From: an uncultured archaeon
Lineage (GTDB): Archaea; Asgardarchaeota; Lokiarchaeia; Sigyniarchaeales; SOKP01
Direction of reading: 5' to 3'
NCBI GenBank assembly: GCA_964493385.1
Contig: CAZBNW010000005.1
Location: forward strand, 1-60,963
Length of the DNA: 60,963 bases
The notes beneath the pieces are model-generated. The model ran no database searches. It worked only from the letters and a program-made list of their open reading frames with translations, and was not told the DNA's origin. The position numbers and the translations under genes are program-made. This document shows positions 50,551-59,421 of the stretch, one piece after another (position 1 is the stretch's first letter; every line of letters starts with the position of its first letter).

Positions 50551-51978
50551 TTAGAGTTTAGATATTATCTTTTCTAATTCAAGAATCATTTCTTGAGCTC
50601 TTTCCTTTTCTTCTGATTCAGCAGACAGAAGTATGGCATTTCTATATAATGCTACTTTAATGATAGTATACGTATCGTCGTTTATTATCTTCAATTCATT
50701 TATTATATCGTGATATTTATATCCTTTCTCATCCGCAACTTCTATTAATCGATTATGTATATTATCAATTAATTCTGAGGAAATAGGTATTGTTTTATTA
50801 ATTTTACTTCCTTTAGGAAATCCTCTCGTTAATGAGCTAAGTAGATCTTTTTGAATAGTCATTATTTCTAATATTCTCAATAAAATAAAATTTCCATCAC
50901 TAAAAGGGGCATATTCTGTAAAATAAAATTTTAATGTATCAGCAGCTGCAAAACATGCACGTTCTTCTCTTATTTGCCTTGAGATCTCTCCCGGATAATT
51001 CTCAACCTGCTTTATAGGAAATCCGCCATCTTCAATGAAATCCCTAACAACAGGAGAAATTGAAGGTGTAGTAATAATGGTATTAGCTATAGATTTTTGA
51101 ATTCTGTTGTCAAAAGTTATAAAAAGCATTAATAAATCTTCAAAACTTATTTCTAATCCATTTTCATCTATCACCAATATTCTTGAGCCATCTACATCAA
51201 AACAGACTCCAAGATGGCTATTAGATGCTTTAACAATATCAGCTGTATTTCGTATAGTATTAATACTAGGTACTGGACTTGAAGATCTTTCACGATAATG
51301 TGTATTTAGAGCAATTACTTCAACTCCAATATCATTAATTAAAAGAGGAGTTATTTTCCCAGTAGGTCCATATGAACAATCTACTACTATCTTTAAATTT
51401 GCTTTCCTAATCTTTTTTTTATTTACAAACTGCTGAAGTGATTTAATATAAATATCCGAAGTCTGAGGTATTGCTGTTATTTGACCAATTTCATTAGGAA
51501 CAACTCTTCTTACTTGTTGAGGGTAATTATTGTAAGATTCAATTATTTTCTGAATTTCAATTTGTGATAATTCAATTCCTCCTGCATCTAAGAAACGTAT
51601 TCCTACATCCTCGCTAAATAAATGCCCTCCTGATATGTAAACGCCTCCACTGGCCCCAAATCTTCTAATCGTAAATTGTAATAGTGGGAAAGTACAATCT
51701 GAAAGGTTTAAAAGATTTATTCCAGTAGACATCAACCCCGAAGTGTAGGCTCTCTTTAACATCCGGCTGTCATTATGATAATCCCTACCCATGACAATTG
51801 ATTCATTTTGTTTGAATAAACTACCATGAATTGATCCAATCGAGCTGGAAATCTCAGGTGTAAATACGTAGTTTGCCTTGCCTACTATTCTACCGTTCTT
51901 TTTCAGCTCATTGAGGTTTTTAATTGGATTATGAATCATTAAAGGGGCGACTTTTTTAAAATCTCGATTAAATTTCAA
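50551..51978 (-). CDS. phosphohexomutase (PMM/PGM)-like protein with degenerate catalytic motifs
   Basis: 475 aa, collinear with GlmM. ISGGHLF replaces TASHN, DVDGSR replaces DGDADR, and the GEtSG and RxSxT loops are absent. Confidence 0.7.
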   Translation of the reverse strand: MKFNRDFKKVAPLMIHNPIKNLNELKKNGRIVGKANYVFTPEISSSIGSIHGSLFKQNESIVMGRDYHNDSRMLKRAYTSGLMSTGINLLNLSDCTFPLLQFTIRRFGASGGVYISGGHLFSEDVGIRFLDAGGIELSQIEIQKIIESYNNYPQQVRRVVPNEIGQITAIPQTSDIYIKSLQQFVNKKKIRKANLKIVVDCSYGPTGKITPLLINDIGVEVIALNTHYRERSSSPVPSINTIRNTADIVKASNSHLGVCFDVDGSRILVIDENGLEISFEDLLMLFITFDNRIQKSIANTIITTPSISPVVRDFIEDGGFPIKQVENYPGEISRQIREERACFAAADTLKFYFTEYAPFSDGNFILLRILEIMTIQKDLLSSLTRGFPKGSKINKTIPISSELIDNIHNRLIEVADEKGYKYHDIINELKIINDDTYTIIKVALYRNAILLSAESEEKERAQEMILELEKIISKL

Positions 51979-52134
51979 TTGGAAATTATATATGTTAAAA
52001 AGCTAAATAAACCTATATAACTTTAACGATTTTTGATTATTTGAAGAATTCTCTTTACTATTTAAGAAATGAAAAATTATATAACCTTAACTTAGTTCTT
52101 TTATTTAGATTTATAAATAGAATAGTTAGGAATT

Positions 52135-53850
52135 ATGTCTGAAATATTAGGTTCATTTTCATTTGTTTTACATGCTCATTTGCCATGGGTTTTAGGACAT
52201 GGTGTATGGCCCCATGGAATGGATTGGGTAAATGAAGCTGCAGCTGAAACGTATATCCCATTATTGATGGAATTATACAAGTTAGTTGATGATGGATATC
52301 ACCCAAAACTTACTGTTGGTCTTACACCTGTTTTATGTGAAATGCTACGACATCCAAGGTTCACAGAAGGATTTATAGGTTATTTAGATGAGAAATATAA
52401 TACCGCATTACATGATTTTGAAGATTTTACTGAAAATAAATATGAGGAAGGTAGAATTCGCTTAACCAAATGGTGGCAAGAGTTCTATGGACGCGTTAAA
52501 GATAATTTTTTTCATAGATACAATAAAGACATCGTGGGTGCATTTAAAAAGCTCCAAGATATGGGACTTTTAGATATAATTACTTGTGGCGCAACTCATG
52601 GATATAGTCCGTTGCTATCTAAAGAAACTTCCATCGATGCTCAATTTAAAACTGCTGTTGATAGTTATAAACGACATTTTGGAATGGCTCCTACAGGTGC
52701 TTGGCTACCAGAATGTGCTTATCGTCCAGCATATAAATGGAAAAATCCAATAACAGGTGAAGAATATGAACGACCAGGTGTCGAATATTTCCTTGCTAAA
52801 AACAGTTTGAAGTATTTTTTTATAGATACTGCTTTATTGTTAGGTGGTAAATCACAAGGAGTTTATGCTGCTCGATTCCCCTTACTTGCTGAACTCTGGA
52901 AACAGTTTGAATCCCAATATGAAGAAATTCCTACTTCGTTTGAGAAATCTCAGTATGAACCATATCTAATATCTACTGATCCATCAACAGGAGCCCCGGT
53001 AGGATTCTTTACAAGAGATGAAAAGACTGGAATTGTAGTCTGGAGTGGGGAACATGGATATCCTGGTTGCGCTGAATATTTAGATTTCCATAAAAAGAAT
53101 TGGCCTGGCGGGATGAAATACTGGAAGGTGACGAGCCCAAAACTCGATCTTGGGCAAAAAATGTTATATTGGCCAGATGATGTGCCTGCTAAATTAGATG
53201 AAAATGCTAGTCACTATATAAATTTAACTAAAGATATTTTACGTGATTTCAAGAATAAATTTGGGAGAGATGGCATAGTAGTGGCTCCCTATGATGCAGA
53301 ACTCCTTGGACACTGGTGGTTTGAAGGGAATTGGTGGATCGCACGCGTTCTTCGATGGATGGAAGATGATCCAGAAATAAATCTAACAAATACAAGGATC
53401 TACCTTGAAGAAAATCCTCCAAATAAAGTAGTAAGCGTGATTGAAGGCTCTTGGGGTCAGGCATCTTCACACTGGGTGTGGCTTAACGAGTGGACAACTT
53501 GGACTTGGGAAAGAATTTATGAATGTGAAGCTAAAAGTGAAGAAATTATTGCTAGATATAAAAATTCACATGATCCTAATCTAATTAAAATTCTCAAACA
53601 GATGGCGCGAGAACTATTACTATTAGAAAGTAGTGATTGGCAGTTTTTAATTACTACGTGGTCTGCCAGAGATTATGCAGAAAATCGGATTGCTTTACAT
53701 TATGAAAATTTTAATAGGCTCTATAATATGGCAAATACGTATGCTACTGGACAAAATGTTGACGAGGGTGAATGGCATTTCCTCGGCACTATCGAAGCTA
53801 CTGATGATATATTTGAAGCTTTAGATCTTGAACCATTTGCTAAGAAATAA
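52135..53850 (+). CDS. GH57-family 1,4-alpha-glucan branching enzyme
   Basis: 571 aa. FVLHAHLPWV N-terminus, PECAY and DAELLGHWWFEG motifs of GH57 branching enzymes. Confidence 0.85.
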   Translation: MSEILGSFSFVLHAHLPWVLGHGVWPHGMDWVNEAAAETYIPLLMELYKLVDDGYHPKLTVGLTPVLCEMLRHPRFTEGFIGYLDEKYNTALHDFEDFTENKYEEGRIRLTKWWQEFYGRVKDNFFHRYNKDIVGAFKKLQDMGLLDIITCGATHGYSPLLSKETSIDAQFKTAVDSYKRHFGMAPTGAWLPECAYRPAYKWKNPITGEEYERPGVEYFLAKNSLKYFFIDTALLLGGKSQGVYAARFPLLAELWKQFESQYEEIPTSFEKSQYEPYLISTDPSTGAPVGFFTRDEKTGIVVWSGEHGYPGCAEYLDFHKKNWPGGMKYWKVTSPKLDLGQKMLYWPDDVPAKLDENASHYINLTKDILRDFKNKFGRDGIVVAPYDAELLGHWWFEGNWWIARVLRWMEDDPEINLTNTRIYLEENPPNKVVSVIEGSWGQASSHWVWLNEWTTWTWERIYECEAKSEEIIARYKNSHDPNLIKILKQMARELLLLESSDWQFLITTWSARDYAENRIALHYENFNRLYNMANTYATGQNVDEGEWHFLGTIEATDDIFEALDLEPFAKK

Positions 53851-53854
53851 AAAA

Positions 53855-54925
53855 TCATAGATGGCTTAATATAAATGGATATATCTTTTCTCCACTAAAT
53901 TTATGACCTTTGTTTTGTACATGAATCATTAAATTTTCAGGATGATTAATTTCTTGATAAGCTTCTTTGATTATCGGGATAGAGATTTTAGTCCCTATAT
54001 AGGGAAAGATCTTATCTTTTTTCCCTATCGTAATCGCTAAAGGGCGGGGAGCTAGAGATGAGTAGACATCATGTAATTCAAGATATTTTCTTAAATCTGC
54101 TATATAATTACAGCCACAATGATACATTGCTAGTATTGAATGATCCCAGGTACTAAAGTATCCAGAAGTAGCACACACTTTAATTCTATCATCAAAAACT
54201 GTGGCAAATAAAGAAAGAGTGCCCCCTCCTGAATGTCCAATTATTCCTAATCGTTTAGGATCTACATCATCATGATTTTCTAAAAAATTTATTAATGATC
54301 TTACTTCAGTTATACGAAGACCTAGCATATCTAATCCTATGAAACGAAGCCAATTAGATCTTTGCCCTTCATCTTGGAGGAAAAAAAGAAATTTATTCTT
54401 AAAAGATTCTCGAACCCCACTTCCAATCCAATCAAAAGATAGAGTTATTAGTCCTAACTTTGCTAACTCATATCCAAAGTATTCCTTGTTCTTGGATTTT
54501 TTAATTCCAACAGAATTATAAATACTTTGCCCATGTCCATGAATACAAATACAAGCAGGTGCTTTATATTCAAGTTTTTCAGGAATACACATTACTCCAG
54601 GGACTCTTAATCCAGGAATAGTCATTAAAGAAAATTGAATAAATTTAATTCCATTTGATGTTGTTTCACCATGTATTTTTAACTGCTGTTTGTTAAAAGG
54701 CAGGGGTTCTAAAGTTGGTATCTTATTTAAGATTAATTCTTTAGCTTGATGTTTCCATGTTTCAAAGCTCATTTCTAGTGGTTTTAATACATAAGTTAAT
54801 TCGGGGGGGTGATCTCTTAACCATTTTTTAATGAAAGGTTGTAAAGAAAAATTCAAGTTGTTGTCTTTTCGATTAATTTTTCCTATTTTTTTTTTCACTT
54901 TGGAAGGTATTTTGAATGGAGACAT
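53855..54925 (-). CDS. alpha/beta hydrolase (acetyl-esterase / dienelactone-hydrolase-like)
   Basis: 356 aa. Nucleophile elbow GHSGGG; CIHGHG earlier in the fold. Confidence 0.7.
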   Translation of the reverse strand: MSPFKIPSKVKKKIGKINRKDNNLNFSLQPFIKKWLRDHPPELTYVLKPLEMSFETWKHQAKELILNKIPTLEPLPFNKQQLKIHGETTSNGIKFIQFSLMTIPGLRVPGVMCIPEKLEYKAPACICIHGHGQSIYNSVGIKKSKNKEYFGYELAKLGLITLSFDWIGSGVRESFKNKFLFFLQDEGQRSNWLRFIGLDMLGLRITEVRSLINFLENHDDVDPKRLGIIGHSGGGTLSLFATVFDDRIKVCATSGYFSTWDHSILAMYHCGCNYIADLRKYLELHDVYSSLAPRPLAITIGKKDKIFPYIGTKISIPIIKEAYQEINHPENLMIHVQNKGHKFSGEKIYPFILSHL

Positions 54926-54988
54926 TATAATAAATAAATTAAATTCTAGTATTTATATACCATAATTTTATGATAGATAATTTCGAAT

Positions 54989-56350
54989 CTAATTCTTTAT
55001 ATCAATAATCTTCTCTTCTTTGAGGGATCGATCTGCTGCAAAAGACATTAGATGACTTTGAAGAGACTCTCGAGCAGTTGTTAATGGTTTTTCTTCACCT
55101 CGAATTGCTGCTAGAAAACCTCTAATTAGAGGATAATCCTCATATTCATGTGGATTTTTTGTAAGTTTTATCTTATAATTAATTGATTTCCCAGTTAGAT
55201 GGTCATAGACGGTAACAGCCATTCCCATTAGAGTAAAACTTCCAATTAAACTTGCCTTTGTTCCATCGATACGAATAAATCGCCCCTCTCTATAAGAGTG
55301 GCCATGCATTGTTAGTGTAGCAACAATTTGATTTGAAAACTCAATATTAGTTACTTGAGCTGAAGGTTGATCGTTATCACAATCATATACACATCTCCCA
55401 TAAGGACCCTCTTTTAGTGCTTTTAATATGCCTGCATCAGATAGATCTTCTGAGATCGTATTAATTGGCCAACCACGATATGGTGTATTTTTTCTGAATT
55501 GAGGTATTAATAAATTAGTAATTCTGGGATGATTTTTCCAAAGTTTGATAATCCATCGCATAAATTTTTTTTCTGTTTGGATTAGATCGTTATGAAATTG
55601 AACAGTTTTAAGATATAGATTGATAGCATTATAATGACATACATTTGAGTGGGGACATCCGTCACTACATCTTTTAGTGGCATCTTTAGGACGATTCTTG
55701 CTTGTTAAATAACTTTTTCTAGCAAAAGAAGAAATTTTAACAGGATTAGCACCTGCAAACCAATAAAGAATATCAAAATCATGACACGCTTTAGCTAATA
55801 TCATAGGAGATGTCTCTCTCTGGTCTCTCCAGTTCCCTCGAACAAAACTATGCGCATAAATCCAATGACCAAGGTTTATAGAATAATTTATATTAATAAT
55901 TTCACCTAATTTTCCAGAATCAATAATTTCCTTTAACTTACTAAAAAGTTTAGTATACCTTAGAACATGACAAATTTGTAAAATAATACCCATTTTTTCT
56001 GAAGTCTGTACTAAATTGCGACATTCTTCCTCGGTTGTAGCCATCGGTTTCTCCAGAAGTACATGATACCCTTTTTTCATAGCATTCATAGCAGGTTTGT
56101 AATGCATTTGATCTTGTGTAGTGATAATCGCTAAATCTGCAAATCTAGGTTTCTCTAGAGCACCTTTCCAATCATTAAATTCAAGATTTTTTGGAATATT
56201 ATGATTATTTGCTAATTTTTCTCTTCTTATGGTATTTGGTTCTGCTACGCTCACAATTTTTAATTTATTAGGATGCGTTAAGGCATAGGATGCATATGCA
56301 TCTGCTCCACGGTTACCAGCGCCTATTACTATACCCGTTAATTGTTTCAT
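54989..56350 (-). CDS. Gfo/Idh/MocA-family oxidoreductase
   Basis: 453 aa. N-terminal Rossmann GIVIGAGNRG and VLLEKPMA motif. Confidence 0.85.
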   Translation of the reverse strand: MKQLTGIVIGAGNRGADAYASYALTHPNKLKIVSVAEPNTIRREKLANNHNIPKNLEFNDWKGALEKPRFADLAIITTQDQMHYKPAMNAMKKGYHVLLEKPMATTEEECRNLVQTSEKMGIILQICHVLRYTKLFSKLKEIIDSGKLGEIININYSINLGHWIYAHSFVRGNWRDQRETSPMILAKACHDFDILYWFAGANPVKISSFARKSYLTSKNRPKDATKRCSDGCPHSNVCHYNAINLYLKTVQFHNDLIQTEKKFMRWIIKLWKNHPRITNLLIPQFRKNTPYRGWPINTISEDLSDAGILKALKEGPYGRCVYDCDNDQPSAQVTNIEFSNQIVATLTMHGHSYREGRFIRIDGTKASLIGSFTLMGMAVTVYDHLTGKSINYKIKLTKNPHEYEDYPLIRGFLAAIRGEEKPLTTARESLQSHLMSFAADRSLKEEKIIDIKN

Positions 56351-56516
56351 AACTCTATCACTCTTCTATTTATATTTTCATTGAAGATAAAATCAAGATA
56401 AAAAATATTCATTTAAAGTAAAATAACTTCCTAAATTTATAATAAAATTATTTTTTGCTTACCATAATTTTCAATAACCTATAGAATATATCCAAACTGT
56501 AAAATACCTATAATAA

Positions 56517-58022
56517 TTAAATGCTATAAGGCCACGACTTAACTTTAAGACTCTCATCTGGACGATATTTTTCTTTTCTTGCTAAGTTTCTTGTGTATAA
56601 TTCACCTTTTTCAACATAGTATCTCATCTTTTTTAAATCACTATAATTCGGGATGGATTCAGAGAAATTAGGTAACCAAATCTTTTGATAATATAACATG
56701 TTTCTCATTAAACCTTCTATTTTTTCTTCATCTTCTATAAAATCACACATAGGATCATCTAGTAATGCTTTAATTAAATCGTCAGGATTGCCAGATAATG
56801 CAGCATCTACAACTAATTGCTGATTCTTTGCATGAAACTTAACCCATTCGCTAATTGGGCTAGCAAAACTCCCTATTTTTACTTTATGAATCTCTTTATT
56901 TTTGAAATAACAAGGTATTTCAATTATACAATTATTTGGTAAAGATGGGATAGTTCCATCGTTCAATACATTACATACATGATGTCTTGAAATGTTCCTC
57001 TCTCTATCTTTAGCCATTAATAGGGCTTTTTCTATACCTTCTGTTGGGCGTAAAAATAATTTAATAATCCAATCAAATCTTTTTCTTTTTAAAGCTTTAA
57101 TCAATGAGTACATGAATTTTCTTTCTAATTGAACTCTATGCACGCTTCTTAATTCAGTAATATTAAAAGGTCTATCCCAATGATTAAAATAATTATAATA
57201 TTTTGGTAAAAATTCAGCCACATGCCTATCCTCTACATATGTTAAATATCCTGTCTGCTTTAAGAGATAAAAATTAAATGGCCTACTAAACTTACCTGAT
57301 TTATACATATAATCAGCCATTTCTCGCAATATTGGATAAAGATCTTCTTCGCCATATTCAAACTTAGTTATCCAAGAAAAATGATTTAATCCACCATAGA
57401 GAATTTGAAATTTCTTTTTGGGTGATGTATTTATTCTACAATATTTTAGAACTTTTCCAAATTTCCTTGATTCTAAATAAAACAATTCATGACACAGTCC
57501 TACTGATTGAACTTTCGGCGCTATTTGATAAGTACTAAGCATTGTAGTGCTTTGAGGGTTTGTATAATTTATAACTAACGCATTAGGGCATAATTCTTCA
57601 ATATCTTTTAAAATTTCAACTATAATAGGTATCGTTCTAAGACCACGAAATATCCCTCCTGGACCTACTGTATCTCCTGTGTTTTGGGGTATTCCAAACT
57701 TCAATGGAATATGAATATCAATCCATTCAGATCTTTGGATACCCACTGATATGGAAATTAAAACATAATCTGCGGCCGGAAGTGCCTTTCTTCTATCAAC
57801 TGTGGAAAAAATCATTATCTCTTTTTTATGGAGCTGAGCCATACGCCAAACTACTTCTCTTATCAAAGATAATGAATAAACGTCAATATCTACTAACCAT
57901 AATTCAATAGGATTGAAATCCTTAGCGAAATCTAAAATGTTCATTGTGCATGGAATTGCAAAACGATATGAGCCTGCTCCAATATAAACAATCTTATACT
58001 TACTTTTACTCACTTCTATCAT
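56517..58022 (-). CDS. GH4-family NAD-dependent glycoside hydrolase
   Basis: KIVYIGAGSYRF, NTGDTVGPGGIFRGLRTIP, GLCHE and GGLNHFSW motifs. I chose the ATG at 58022 (MIEVSKSKYKIVYIGAG). The ORF-track start at 58070 would overlap the upstream MFS gene by 44 nt. Confidence 0.85.
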   Translation of the reverse strand: MIEVSKSKYKIVYIGAGSYRFAIPCTMNILDFAKDFNPIELWLVDIDVYSLSLIREVVWRMAQLHKKEIMIFSTVDRRKALPAADYVLISISVGIQRSEWIDIHIPLKFGIPQNTGDTVGPGGIFRGLRTIPIIVEILKDIEELCPNALVINYTNPQSTTMLSTYQIAPKVQSVGLCHELFYLESRKFGKVLKYCRINTSPKKKFQILYGGLNHFSWITKFEYGEEDLYPILREMADYMYKSGKFSRPFNFYLLKQTGYLTYVEDRHVAEFLPKYYNYFNHWDRPFNITELRSVHRVQLERKFMYSLIKALKRKRFDWIIKLFLRPTEGIEKALLMAKDRERNISRHHVCNVLNDGTIPSLPNNCIIEIPCYFKNKEIHKVKIGSFASPISEWVKFHAKNQQLVVDAALSGNPDDLIKALLDDPMCDFIEDEEKIEGLMRNMLYYQKIWLPNFSESIPNYSDLKKMRYYVEKGELYTRNLARKEKYRPDESLKVKSWPYSI

Positions 58023-58026
58023 TTCT

Positions 58027-59297
58027 TTATTTGATTGTTTCGGGAACTCGTAAGAAAAATGGAATTCCAATCCATAAAATAATCCCCGTTATAAAAAATA
58101 CCCATAAAATTCCAAAATTATCTGCTAAATAACCTGCAATGAGAACACCTGGTACTTTTGCTATTGCGTTACCTATGTTTATAATTCCCAAAAATCTTCC
58201 TCGTGATTCTTCAGGAAGTAAATCTAGTGTCCATGCATCTGTTGCTAACCATAATCCAATGTTAAAAGGCATCATTATCCCAAAACCTAATAATAAAAAT
58301 TGATAACTGGATCCCAAAAATGTTATTATAAAACAACCTATTGGAGAAATTATTAAACTTATTAAAGCTACTTTTTTTCTACCGATTGTATCGACGTATT
58401 TTCCTAGAAGAAATATACCTAATCCAATAGCAATTAAAATAAATGGTAGGAATATTAAAATTTCTAAAAAACTTAATGAAATGTCTTGAAGTAATATCAA
58501 TAAAAATGGAGTAAAAGCATATTGACTCATAATTAAAAATAGCATCGCAACAAATAAGCGTAGAAAATCTTTATGTTGGATCATTTCTTTACGATTTAAC
58601 AAATTCTTAAGATCATGAAGCCAGTTTCTTGGAGGTGTATTTACCTTAGGTTCTTTCACTAATATACTTACAAGAATCCCTACAATGACTAATAATAAAG
58701 CTCCCCCTCCAATAAAAATGGAGTGGACTTCTCTAGAAAATGTTTCTGTCCCTTCAGGTAAAAGAATTATTGCAGGAATCCAAACTGTCATGGAACCCAT
58801 ATTTGTAGCTATAAACAAGATTGAATTAATTCTACCTCTTTTTTTTTTGGAATTAAATCCCCAATTAAAGATTTATTTGTAACATGAAACATATTTGAAG
58901 TAATTGCTAATAAAAACCCTCCAATAACTAATAAAAGTAAAAAATAGGTTGTTGAAATATAGAAAATCATTAGCCCTGCCGTTAATACCATACCTATCAA
59001 AATTATGGGAATACGCCGTCCAAGTTTTGTACGTAAATTATCAGAAATTGCTCCCCATATTAAATAAAAAATTGTACCAAATATTCCCATTAATGCAACC
59101 ATAGTGGAAACACCAAAATAACTCACATTTGCTATAACACTAGCGAATGAAGAAAACCATTGCCCTTCGATTTCTGAATAAAGAGTTGTACCAAAAGCTA
59201 AAAAACATAACGCTAAAATCCAAGATTTACGAATTCTTAACTTTTTCTTTTTTTTTGAAGTTTTATCTAAAGAATCAAATTCCAAATTATTTTCCAT
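58027..59297 (-). pseudogene. MFS transporter split by a frameshift in a 10-nt homopolymer
   Basis: ORFs 58809-59297 and 58027-58818 are consecutive halves of one MFS protein. The frames join across the T10 run at 58839-58848 (A10 on the coding strand). One extra A would read ...PKKKRGRINSILFIATNMG..., restoring the MFS R-G-R loop. Confidence 0.7.
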
Positions 59298-59421
59298 AAA
59301 TTTATTTACAATTCTAAATGTTAAAAAGATTACTTTATGGAGACTAATCTATTTTATTGGTAATTGTAAAAACATTATTTAGTTTCAATTTGATGATTAT
59401 TTACTTAAAATAAGTTAATTT

